Of a DNA stretch of 64,000 nucleotides, positions 38,466-47,184 are shown in pieces. The first letter of the stretch is position 1; the number at the start of each line of letters is the position of its first letter. Origin of the DNA: a virus; IMG/VR virus record IMGVR_UViG_3300035698_006643, positions 1 through 64,000 of that record; one strand, 5' to 3'. The position numbers and the translations under genes were made by a program. The notes beneath the pieces were generated by a model. That model was not told the origin of the DNA, did not search any database, and was given only the letters and a program-made list of their open reading frames with translations.

Positions 38466-39836
38466 TCACAGTCCTTCGAGCAAATCATCGAAATTGAGTT
38501 CAGACCCAGTGTCAATCTTGCCCGCACTGTTGTCTTCATCCTGGGTTGGAACCACATCGTTGGGTACTTCAATCTTGTCAAGAATCGTTTGGGTGTTGCT
38601 ATCCAACAGGTCTGAATCTTCTGAAGCATCAGCACTATCGGATTGAGGAAGCCCATCTAATGGGTCTGAATCTTCCGCACCCTCTTCGTCAGCATCTTCG
38701 TCAACTTCGTTGTCAACTTCTTCAGCCTCTTCAGCTTCTTCGTCAGGTTCTTCTTCGTCAGGTTCTTCATCGCTACCACCCCCGCTATCCAATAGGTCGA
38801 GCCAGCCCTGATTAGAAGCCGTTACAGCAACTAATTCACCCGTCTCAGCGTCTTTGAATCCTACCGGTTCGGATTCGGGCTCTTGCTTTGCAGCAGCCAC
38901 GACGTCTTGTACCAGTGAAGCCTCGAATTCCCGTTCAGCGGCACCCTCCCAGGATTCTTTTTGTTCTGGTTCAGGGTCTGGGTCTGGTTCAGGGTCTGGT
39001 TCAGGGTCTGGTTCAGGGTCTGGTTCAGGGTCTGGTTCAGGGTCTGGTTCAGGGTCTGGTTCTGGTTCAGGGTCTGGGTCTGGGTCTGGGTCTGGGTCTG
39101 GTTCTGGCTCGGGCTCGGGGTCTGACAACAGGTCATTCAGGTCGAGTGCCAATTCTTCGAGCTTGGACGATTCCCCTGGTGGGGGTGATTCACGAAAATC
39201 TTTTAGCTGGTCAACAGGGTCACCTTCCACTGGAAGTTCGACCGGGTCTTCCGACATCTCTTCGTCAATGTCTTCGATAGTAGGAAGGTCCTTCGCTGGC
39301 ATACTGTCAGTTTCAGACCCAGTAAGACTACGGTCTGGGTCTTCACGAAGAATCCACTTCTGAAGATTCAGGTCAGACCGCACCCCTTTCAGGTCAGAAG
39401 TTTTTGTCTTGATTACATCTTCGACAGCGGCGAGGTCTTCTGCAATCAGCGACAGGTTATCAATTTCACGCACTGATTCGTGAAGTAGGTGTTCAGCCAT
39501 AGCCTTGCGGTCTGATAGCGATGGCTGCCGACGAACCTTGTCGTCTTCGGCCAGCATCTCTGTCATCTTGATTCGGAAGATGGCCTTCTTGCGTCGTACC
39601 GCATCCAGCACCAGACGCTGGGCTTTTCGGAGTTCAATCTGGAATTCTGTGGCCTGGGTCAAAGCATTACGGACGACAGCGATTTTCGTTTGAAGGCTAC
39701 CCCAGTTCGGGAGTTCATCCAATTCAATGACCATCCCATCAAGGGCCGTAAACATCGCCTCTATCCGGTCACCACTGACAAGGTCTTCAAACCGCTTCAA
39801 ATAGTCTGTAGGGCTTCCACCACCGCTGTCTGTCAT
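38466..39836 (-). CDS. Helical (UvsY-like?) protein with a long acidic Pro-rich tail
   Basis: N-terminal coiled coil with SDRKAMAE; (PDPE)n repeat; tail NFDDLLEG. Confidence 0.55.
   Translation of the reverse strand: MTDSGGGSPTDYLKRFEDLVSGDRIEAMFTALDGMVIELDELPNWGSLQTKIAVVRNALTQATEFQIELRKAQRLVLDAVRRKKAIFRIKMTEMLAEDDKVRRQPSLSDRKAMAEHLLHESVREIDNLSLIAEDLAAVEDVIKTKTSDLKGVRSDLNLQKWILREDPDRSLTGSETDSMPAKDLPTIEDIDEEMSEDPVELPVEGDPVDQLKDFRESPPPGESSKLEELALDLNDLLSDPEPEPEPDPDPDPDPDPEPEPDPEPDPEPDPEPDPEPDPEPDPEPDPDPEPEQKESWEGAAEREFEASLVQDVVAAAKQEPESEPVGFKDAETGELVAVTASNQGWLDLLDSGGGSDEEPDEEEPDEEAEEAEEVDNEVDEDADEEGAEDSDPLDGLPQSDSADASEDSDLLDSNTQTILDKIEVPNDVVPTQDEDNSAGKIDTGSELNFDDLLEGL
38964..39123 (-). repeat. 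Coding 6/12-bp tandem repeat encoding (PD/PE)n
   Basis: TCAGGGTCTGGT and TCTGGG units on the + strand. Confidence 0.9.
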
Positions 39837-40150
39837 TCTTTCACCTTTTCGACGGATTTGATCAACGCATCATACCGAAACATCGCAGCCGTCAAACGAC
39901 CACGGAACTGTCCCTCGGTCAGTGCTCCACGGGCGAACGCAGCCATCAACGCCCCTTTCGTGGACTTCTTTCCCACCATCAACATCGCCAAATCAACCTC
40001 TGCCAACGTGAGGTTCGCTTTAGCATCCTCCGACAATGAAGCACCAGCCGAACAGAAAACCTTTTCCCGGCCAACACGCAGTTCAAAAGAAGCGGTATCG
40101 GTCACACGGTTGAAACGAAGTCGGGATTCCAAATCTTTTTGAGTGCACAT
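39833..40150 (-). CDS. Hypothetical protein
   Basis: AGGAGG RBS before ATG 40150. Confidence 0.6.
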   Translation of the reverse strand: MCTQKDLESRLRFNRVTDTASFELRVGREKVFCSAGASLSEDAKANLTLAEVDLAMLMVGKKSTKGALMAAFARGALTEGQFRGRLTAAMFRYDALIKSVEKVKE

Positions 40151-40184
40151 AGTCAATCCTCCTGTAGCCTTCAATGGCACCTAC

Positions 40185-42377
40185 CTATACAGCTACCTCA
40201 AGAATCCGATTAGAGAGGTAGGTGTTGCGGGATTTGACACGGCTATTCCCGACAGCACGAACGATAGCGTTCCAGTTCCCATAGATGAAAACCTTCTTCT
40301 TTGCTCTGGTCACCGCCGTATAGAACAGATTCCGTTGAAGCATTATCCCAAAGGCACTGACAAACGGCATAATGACCATGTCGTGTTCCTGACCTTGTGA
40401 CTTGTGAACTGTGATGGCATACGCCAGCTTCAGGATGGTACGTGCCTCTGACTTCGGCAGCGTGATACGAATCGGTTGAACGGCGGATTCGATGTCGATA
40501 ACAAGGTTGTTATCTATGATGGCAACGATACGCCCTACGTCACCGTTATAGACTTCCCGTTCATAGTCATTTCGAGTGATCATCACCCGGTCGTGTTCTC
40601 GGAAAGTCCTGTCTCTTGAAACTTTCAATTCAGCCTGACCAGACAGCGGATTCAATCTATCCCGAATAGCGTCATTCAGGTTTGACACCCCCAGCGTCCC
40701 GGCGTGCCTTGGACTAATGACCTGGAATTGTTTGTCTAACGCCGTCAGTCGTTCGCAAGCGTGCAAGATATGACCAAGTATCTGGTCTTCGTCCTGCATA
40801 TTGAAGAAGTGGAAGTCCTTGTCCTTGCCCTCCAGAATCTCAGGGGCCAGCCCGTGAACGATTCGATGTGAATTCGTCACAATGTCTGAAGCCTTTTCTT
40901 GCCTGTAGATTTCAGTGAGGGCGACATGCGGTATCAGCCCAACCTGGGTCAGTTCCCAAAGGACATTCCCAGGACCAACTGAGGGAAGCTGTGAAGGGTC
41001 ACCGACCATCAATAGTCGGGCTTCAGGACGGAGCCCATTCAAAAGATGGTAGAAGACTTCCTGGTCTACCATCGAAAATTCGTCAATCACAGCGGCGTCT
41101 GCCGGAAGGGGTTCTTGGCTGTTGACATCCCAGGTAGCACCCTTGTACCGCAGACAGCGATGAATTGTCTTCGCTGGGAACTTCGTGATTTCACTGAGCC
41201 GCTTTGCAGCAATACCCGTCGGGGCCATCAACTGGAAATCAAGCCCCCGGTCAGTGTAGTAGTCAACCACGGCTTTCATTAGAGTGGTTTTACCAGTCCC
41301 TGGAAGCCCTGTAAGCACCATGATGCGGTTGTTGACAGCCATCCTGAACCCGGACAACTGTTGTTCACTGAAATTGATGCTGTTCCGGTCCTGGTACTTC
41401 GTGAGGAAGCTTTCAACTACCTCGTCAGTACCGATACGATGGTCTTCCCCGGATTCTATCATATCGACGACACGCTGTGCGGAATAGCGTTCGTGGTCGT
41501 AGGACCACCGAGGGTAGATTCGATTCTCTTCAATATGAAGACGACACCACTGATTTTCTACCGCTGCCATCCGAATACACATTTCCCGAATCTCTGATTC
41601 CAGGATGTCACGACCAAAACGCCGCACACCCGGTCGGTTAGCCAGGTCTAGGACATTGGAGTACACTTCACTTCGAGTAAGGTACACGTGACCGTTACGT
41701 TGTCCGACATCTACGATGGAATGGTAGATAGCGGCCATAATCCGGTTAGGGTCGTCAGCAGAAACACCGAGACTGTAGGCGACCTTGTCTGCGGCAATAA
41801 AGCCAAACCGGTCAATCGCCATCAACTTGTATGGGTTCTCCTTGACGATATCAATGGCCTTGTCACCCCACTTTCGGAACAGAGACCTTGACTGGTCAAC
41901 CCCAAGCCCACTACCCATAAAGAACGACATCACGACGGCTTCACGGGAAGTTTGCTGGAAAGATTTGACAATTCTTTTCAAACGGGCGGCACCAGCAGCG
42001 GTGGTGAACTCTGGGAATTCTTTCAAGCGTTTGGGTTCATTCATCATCACGTTGACCGTATCCACCCCAAACTTATCAACGATTCTCTTGGCTGTAATCG
42101 GGCCGATTGATTCGACCATCGACTGTAGGTAACAGACAATCCCCTGGACAGTGTTATCCTTCTTCAGCCCAAAGCGTTTGAAGACAAAAGTCTTCCCGTA
42201 CTTCGTGTCTTCAAAATCCCCTTCGAGATGGATATTCAACCCACGAAGGAGATTGTGGGTCGGAACGACCCCTCTGGCACCGCAGCGGCCACCGGATTCC
42301 AGCTTCATTTTGAAGATGAAAACCCGTTCGTCTACGTCACTCCAAACGATATGTTCAACTTGTCCTGATATAATCAC
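40185..42377 (-). CDS. recD2: RecD2-like SF1B helicase
   Basis: HhH motifs (IGPITAKRI, FGFIAADKVA), TGLPGTGKT, IDEFSM, GDPSQLPSVGPG, YAITVHKSQGQE, YTAVTRAK. Confidence 0.93.
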   Translation of the reverse strand: MIISGQVEHIVWSDVDERVFIFKMKLESGGRCGARGVVPTHNLLRGLNIHLEGDFEDTKYGKTFVFKRFGLKKDNTVQGIVCYLQSMVESIGPITAKRIVDKFGVDTVNVMMNEPKRLKEFPEFTTAAGAARLKRIVKSFQQTSREAVVMSFFMGSGLGVDQSRSLFRKWGDKAIDIVKENPYKLMAIDRFGFIAADKVAYSLGVSADDPNRIMAAIYHSIVDVGQRNGHVYLTRSEVYSNVLDLANRPGVRRFGRDILESEIREMCIRMAAVENQWCRLHIEENRIYPRWSYDHERYSAQRVVDMIESGEDHRIGTDEVVESFLTKYQDRNSINFSEQQLSGFRMAVNNRIMVLTGLPGTGKTTLMKAVVDYYTDRGLDFQLMAPTGIAAKRLSEITKFPAKTIHRCLRYKGATWDVNSQEPLPADAAVIDEFSMVDQEVFYHLLNGLRPEARLLMVGDPSQLPSVGPGNVLWELTQVGLIPHVALTEIYRQEKASDIVTNSHRIVHGLAPEILEGKDKDFHFFNMQDEDQILGHILHACERLTALDKQFQVISPRHAGTLGVSNLNDAIRDRLNPLSGQAELKVSRDRTFREHDRVMITRNDYEREVYNGDVGRIVAIIDNNLVIDIESAVQPIRITLPKSEARTILKLAYAITVHKSQGQEHDMVIMPFVSAFGIMLQRNLFYTAVTRAKKKVFIYGNWNAIVRAVGNSRVKSRNTYLSNRILEVAV

Positions 42378-42386
42378 AGCGATTCC

Positions 42387-42677
42387 TCACTTCGGTTCTG
42401 GGGGGACGTACTTTGGGTTCCGTTTGGGTGGGTTCACTTCTGCCAGTGGGGGCTCAATTCCCCGTTCAGCTTCAAGCAAAGCCGCAAGACGGGCTGCGTC
42501 TTCCAATGACACCAGGACCAACCGAACTTCTTCACCTTCCAGGTTTGAAAAGAGGTCTTCGACCTGGGTCGCTTCTTCACCTGATGGGGTAATGACCCAA
42601 CGGTTAGCTACCTTCGTGAGGGTTCCTTCCTTAATGAAAATCCGACTCCCGATGACTTCCGTAGTATCTTCTTTCAT
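42387..42677 (-). CDS. Hypothetical protein
   Basis: ATGA-coupled ORF. Confidence 0.55.
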   Translation of the reverse strand: MKEDTTEVIGSRIFIKEGTLTKVANRWVITPSGEEATQVEDLFSNLEGEEVRLVLVSLEDAARLAALLEAERGIEPPLAEVNPPKRNPKYVPPEPK

Positions 42678-43027
42678 GCCTTTGCCTTTGCCTCTGAAAC
42701 GTTCCATTGCTTCCCCATAATCCGCCGATGGGCATCGTCTTCATCAACGACTACACCGCCCCGGCGTTGAATCACGGTCAGGACAAGTGACTTGTATTGG
42801 GCCCCGACCACTTCTAGGTCCTGCCCTGTCTGGACCGTATCAGTCAAAAAAGAACGCTCCGTCATCGCTGACAGACCGTCCTTCTTATAGGCTTCGTAGG
42901 GGCTCCGATAGCGTTTGATAACAACGTGCATCCGACCCGATTCAGTGATTTTACCGCAGAAGTAAATTCCCATGACGGTTGTCGGGTTCCCACGTTTGTC
43001 GTTCATAACCAGCAAAACTTTGGCCAT
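42674..43027 (-). CDS. Hypothetical protein
   Basis: 117-aa ORF within the gene run. Confidence 0.6.
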   Translation of the reverse strand: MAKVLLVMNDKRGNPTTVMGIYFCGKITESGRMHVVIKRYRSPYEAYKKDGLSAMTERSFLTDTVQTGQDLEVVGAQYKSLVLTVIQRRGGVVVDEDDAHRRIMGKQWNVSEAKAKA

Positions 43028-43030
43028 TTT

Positions 43031-44083
43031 CTAACCCCCTTCGTAGTCATATACAACTTCGAGGCGAGTTGTGCCCTTTTTTCTTCCAACGAGTTCCAGG
43101 ACAATGGCTTCGACTAAGAGGCGACCCTGTGACCCGGACTTCACTTTATAGTCAGCTTCACATAGACGGGCCAGGGCTTGTACCAGTACCATCGGCTTCA
43201 TTTTCCTCAGTTGCCTGAACATAATCTTCTCTACGACAAACTGAGGGAGGCTGACCATTTCAGCGATTTCTTCAAATGGCACATTCCGACTGGCCATTGT
43301 CAGAACCTTGAACCAGATAAGGACATTCCGCTGTAGAGCCCCTAGAATCAAAAGAGTAGGGTCACCCACTTCCAATGAAGTAGACTCGTAGATTGACTGG
43401 AGGGTCTTCATTGCAGAAGTAGCCCGCCGTTGAAGTATCATATCACACAGGTCAAAGGCGGTTAGATTTCGACGGTGGGTCATCACCTTCCAGAATTCAT
43501 CCGATGAAATCTGACGCCCATTGGCAAAAGTGAGGAGCTTCCGACACTCTGATTCAAGCCCAAAGAGGTCACTCCCGACATGTTCGTGGATTGCAAGACA
43601 CAATTCGTGCGGAAGATTCAGTCCCCTGTCCATCAGATATTCACTAATCCAGTCGGCATACTGGTTCACCTTCCGGTTAGCTACAAGCTTCTTTGCCTCA
43701 AAATGAACCCCAGAAGTCGCAGCAGCGGTCAAAAAAGCTCCACCCGCCCTTGACCCCTGACTCACTACAAAGACTGCCGTGGTGGTGTCACAGGGGTCGT
43801 CCAGATAGGCTTTTAGGTGTTTGTTCCGGTCTTTGACCTTCTCGACATACCAAACGAAAATGGCTACACGGGAAAATCCGGTCATAAAGAAGGGGCGGTG
43901 CTCCAGTTCAAGTAGGACTTCTCCACCCCTAGTCTTGTCCGTACACCACACGTCTGTTATCTGGTGGGTCCGTGACAGTCTTTCCCGAAGGTACTCCAGC
44001 GACTTGGCGTAGAAGTAGGGTTCATCACCAGACACAAGAATCGAATCAGGGGGCTTCAGCGGATTGATAGTAGCGATTGTCAC
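43031..44083 (-). CDS. holA: DNA polymerase III delta subunit
   Basis: VSGDEPYF, HVGSDLFGLESECRKL, AFDLCD, ADYKVKSG. Confidence 0.85.
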   Translation of the reverse strand: MTIATINPLKPPDSILVSGDEPYFYAKSLEYLRERLSRTHQITDVWCTDKTRGGEVLLELEHRPFFMTGFSRVAIFVWYVEKVKDRNKHLKAYLDDPCDTTTAVFVVSQGSRAGGAFLTAAATSGVHFEAKKLVANRKVNQYADWISEYLMDRGLNLPHELCLAIHEHVGSDLFGLESECRKLLTFANGRQISSDEFWKVMTHRRNLTAFDLCDMILQRRATSAMKTLQSIYESTSLEVGDPTLLILGALQRNVLIWFKVLTMASRNVPFEEIAEMVSLPQFVVEKIMFRQLRKMKPMVLVQALARLCEADYKVKSGSQGRLLVEAIVLELVGRKKGTTRLEVVYDYEGG

Positions 44084-44997
44084 TTTGACCCCCCCATACG
44101 AACCCGAACCCTGGACAGCACAATCAGGGTTTCCAACTGGAATCTCATATTGATTGGCCGACCCGAAATTTGAAAGAGGTTGCAGAACCCTTCGAGAACA
44201 TCGGCTGCCTTATCTCCGAACTCTGTACCTAGTTCCCGGTACAGGTCTATTCCATCCACACCTGACACAGCATCAAACCCGCCGGCACGAAACCGAATCA
44301 CGTCATTCAAAATGCTGACCATTTCCTGGAGGATTGGTAGCAAGGATTCGTCGGGGTACGTAGCTAGAACCTGACCAACATTTTCAAGTGGCCCTTTCAC
44401 TATCGCCTGAACCATAGCCATCGACCTTTTCCTGACTGACCCCAAAGACTTATTCATGTGGGCTAGGGCTCTACCGATTGAACCTTCTGCGTAGGCTAGA
44501 GCCGTCTTGACGTTACCGGCCTGTACCCCCCGACTGATTAGGAATGGAGTCAGGACTTCATCTGATAGACGGTAGAAGGGAATCGGGGCACACCTGGAAC
44601 GAACTGTGCCTGGAACATTATGAAGCTGATTGGTCACTAGAAAGAACCGGCACTGGGCTGGCCCCTCTTCAAGCGACTTCAATAGTGCATCTGCCCCAGC
44701 CGTTGTCATCCGGTCCACCCCTTCAATGACAAACAGCCGATAGGGAGCCCTGGGGATTAACGACATCAACCCCAGGAGCTCCCGCACCTGAGCAATCTTG
44801 AGGGAATTGCCGTCGGGCTTGAACCAGTGTACGTCTTCGTGGGGACCTTTCCCGTACAGTTCAAGGACGACTTTCTTCACGACAGTCCGCTTTCCGACCC
44901 CTTCATCCCCGTACAGAAGAAAGGAGACCGTATCAGACTGTTGAAAGCCGTCCTTTAGCCGCTGGTAGGCTACTTCGTGTCCAACTACCTTGGGCAT
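44080..44997 (-). CDS. holB: DNA polymerase III delta-prime subunit
   Basis: VVGHE, LYGDEGVGK, KIAQVREL, ADALLKSLEE, TVRSRC, AEGSIGRAL; start at ATG 44997. Confidence 0.88.
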   Translation of the reverse strand: MPKVVGHEVAYQRLKDGFQQSDTVSFLLYGDEGVGKRTVVKKVVLELYGKGPHEDVHWFKPDGNSLKIAQVRELLGLMSLIPRAPYRLFVIEGVDRMTTAGADALLKSLEEGPAQCRFFLVTNQLHNVPGTVRSRCAPIPFYRLSDEVLTPFLISRGVQAGNVKTALAYAEGSIGRALAHMNKSLGSVRKRSMAMVQAIVKGPLENVGQVLATYPDESLLPILQEMVSILNDVIRFRAGGFDAVSGVDGIDLYRELGTEFGDKAADVLEGFCNLFQISGRPINMRFQLETLIVLSRVRVRMGGSK

Positions 44998-45200
44998 TAG
45001 TGATTGAAACCCCCGCCGACCTGGACGGAATAGGTGTACCCACACTCGGCACACTTGAACCGGGTGCATCCACCCACCTGTGAAGTCGTACATCGGATAC
45101 TGGTACAACCAGGCCGACGGCACGCAGCGTGAACATACTTCTCATCCGGTTTAGGGTCACGACCTTCTCTTGGGATTGACGGAACTCGGTTGTCTGACAT
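44997..45200 (-). CDS. Small Zn-ribbon protein
   Basis: CRRPGC..CAECG; GGAGG RBS. Confidence 0.65.
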   Translation of the reverse strand: MSDNRVPSIPREGRDPKPDEKYVHAACRRPGCTSIRCTTSQVGGCTRFKCAECGYTYSVQVGGGFNH

Positions 45201-45230
45201 TGGAACCTCCTCAGTTAATGTCCATGATTA

Positions 45231-45644
45231 CTATACAAAGATACGGGTGAGTTCCGTTTGAATTTTTGACCTGAAGGCGTCTGGGTCGTAGGTAATCAAC
45301 CGAAGATTGATTGGAGTTCTCGGATTGAAGCGGTGTTGAACACGGGTAGCGGACTTAGGTTTCAAGTAGGTACCCAGACGATAGGGCATTGAAGACGAAG
45401 GAACCGCTGGACCCCCCACTTCATCTTCACCGTCTGAAATCGTTTCAGGGTCGTACAGAATGTTATCCATCAAAAGGTTCCAGTCGTCGATATGAAGGGT
45501 CATCTGGAACCTAGTGCCACTGATGATGGCTACCTTCACCGTTCCAACCCTTGAAACCTTTGCAGTCAACTGATGCCGAAGAAGTCCAATGATGACTCCC
45601 GGCAAGGTAGCCACAGCTTCAGTTGATGTCAGTCTGTTTACCAT
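45231..45644 (-). CDS. Hypothetical protein
   Basis: Likely start ATG 45644 with AGGGG RBS; the ORF track extends it to 45755. Confidence 0.5.
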   Translation of the reverse strand: MVNRLTSTEAVATLPGVIIGLLRHQLTAKVSRVGTVKVAIISGTRFQMTLHIDDWNLLMDNILYDPETISDGEDEVGGPAVPSSSMPYRLGTYLKPKSATRVQHRFNPRTPINLRLITYDPDAFRSKIQTELTRIFV

Positions 45645-46365
45645 TGAAGCACCCCTACCACCTGAAATCCATAAATCCATTACCGCTGAAATCCCTTGAC
45701 TTCCCCATCTTCCTTGATGAAACTGGTTCCCGGTTGGACGAATCATCCTTTTCATCGTTCAACTGAGGCCCGAAGGGGAGGACCTAGAGGCAATGTTGAT
45801 GATGCAATATCACATTGAACCGACAAATGATTTCGAGTCACTTCGATTTCTATCACCTATGCTATCAGGGGCAGCTTCACGGGATGATGATTCACGAATG
45901 AATCGAAGCCGCCATTTGGGGGGAAAGCTCTTAGGGCTTCCACGGAAGGATTACGGAATGAATACCCCCAAGGGAAAGTGTCTGATTCAGAAGGGACTTA
46001 ATCATGAATCCGATAGGACGAACCAGGTTCCCAACCTGGCTGGCCCTATTACAAGTGAAAAAGGAAAAGGGACTGTGCATCCAGATACCTTAACTAAATT
46101 AACTTGTAATGACTTTTCTTCCTACCCGTTAAATTTCAGTGCTGAAGAAGATGATGTGATGATGATTCCAGTTACAGTAGTTAGCGTAGCGATAATGACA
46201 AGCGAGAGACGCAGTCAGGGTTAACCTGTCAGGAAGGGTTTTAGGTACCTTCAACTGCAAAATCACCTGAATTGAAGCGGGTTTCCTTCATCGAAGTCGC
46301 TTCCTCACACACCCCCATTTACGCCCGAAGTGTATTCAAACAACAAGTGAGGTAGGATTTGGGTT

Positions 46366-46857
46366 CTATCGGGCGGTAGGAGCCTTGGGGAAGCTGACTC
46401 TGGGTTCATTCGTCTTGTATTCAATCGAAGCCGCCACCTTGATTTTGACTGGACTGTTCAACACAGATGCACTCAGGGATTCATCGAAGGTCTTCTTTGG
46501 GGTGTAAGTCGTCTTCGTCTCGAACAGCTTGTCGAAGACTTCATCACCAAGCTGTTCCTTAATCGCATCAATGTCAGCACCTTTCTTGATGACGACTTTC
46601 GTGTCAGTGAAGGTAACGGATACCACCCCAAGCTTCCCATCAAGAACTGCTTGCCGGTCGGTTGGATTCAATTCAACGAGTCCACGCTGTCGAAGTGTCC
46701 CTTTCAGGATGTCCTGCTTCCCTTTAGCGTTCTTTATCATCCAGTCAAGGGCTGTACCCTGGTCAATGTCAGAATCACCGGCTACTTCAAGCAAAGCAGC
46801 GAGGCTACTCCCAATCACGGTCTTGATTTGTTTCGTCAGGTTTTTGTCTTCAGCCAT
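46366..46857 (-). CDS. Hypothetical phage protein
   Basis: 163-aa ORF with TAATG coupling. Confidence 0.65.
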   Translation of the reverse strand: MAEDKNLTKQIKTVIGSSLAALLEVAGDSDIDQGTALDWMIKNAKGKQDILKGTLRQRGLVELNPTDRQAVLDGKLGVVSVTFTDTKVVIKKGADIDAIKEQLGDEVFDKLFETKTTYTPKKTFDESLSASVLNSPVKIKVAASIEYKTNEPRVSFPKAPTAR

Positions 46858-47177
46858 TAGATGTCCCTCTTGAATGATGGTGTTGCTGTAGTCGGGTCAT
46901 CAACCATGTCAATGACCTCAGACGCCATGACCCCATCGGTTTTTACGTCAGCGTCTCGAATCAACTGAGCCCTTCGTTCTAGGGCTTCAATTCGTAGTTG
47001 TTCCTGGGTTTCAATTTCATCACCGACGACAGATACAAGAATTGCAGTCCTAACCCGGCACTGGTCAGTGAAGTCACAGAATTCTTCTGAGCATTCTTCA
47101 ACGGCAGCGTCAAAGTTCCCATAGCAAGGAACGATGGCTTTGATTTCGTTGTCGGTCATTTGTTCAAGCTTCTTCAT
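46857..47177 (-). CDS. Hypothetical Cys-cluster protein
   Basis: PCYG..EC..C..C. Confidence 0.6.
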   Translation of the reverse strand: MKKLEQMTDNEIKAIVPCYGNFDAAVEECSEEFCDFTDQCRVRTAILVSVVGDEIETQEQLRIEALERRAQLIRDADVKTDGVMASEVIDMVDDPTTATPSFKRDI

Positions 47178-47184
47178 CAGGTAC

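Noticed and set aside
38854-39363. (GS)n, (QTLN)n and (VQGL)n ORFs; possible CRISPR-like array
   Set aside because: These are alternative readings of the coding (PD/PE)n repeat. There are no spacers, and no CRISPR array was seen in the window.
45793-46224. 143-aa + strand ORF
   Set aside because: Opposite to all neighbours, with no motifs and unconvincing composition; not called, though not excluded.
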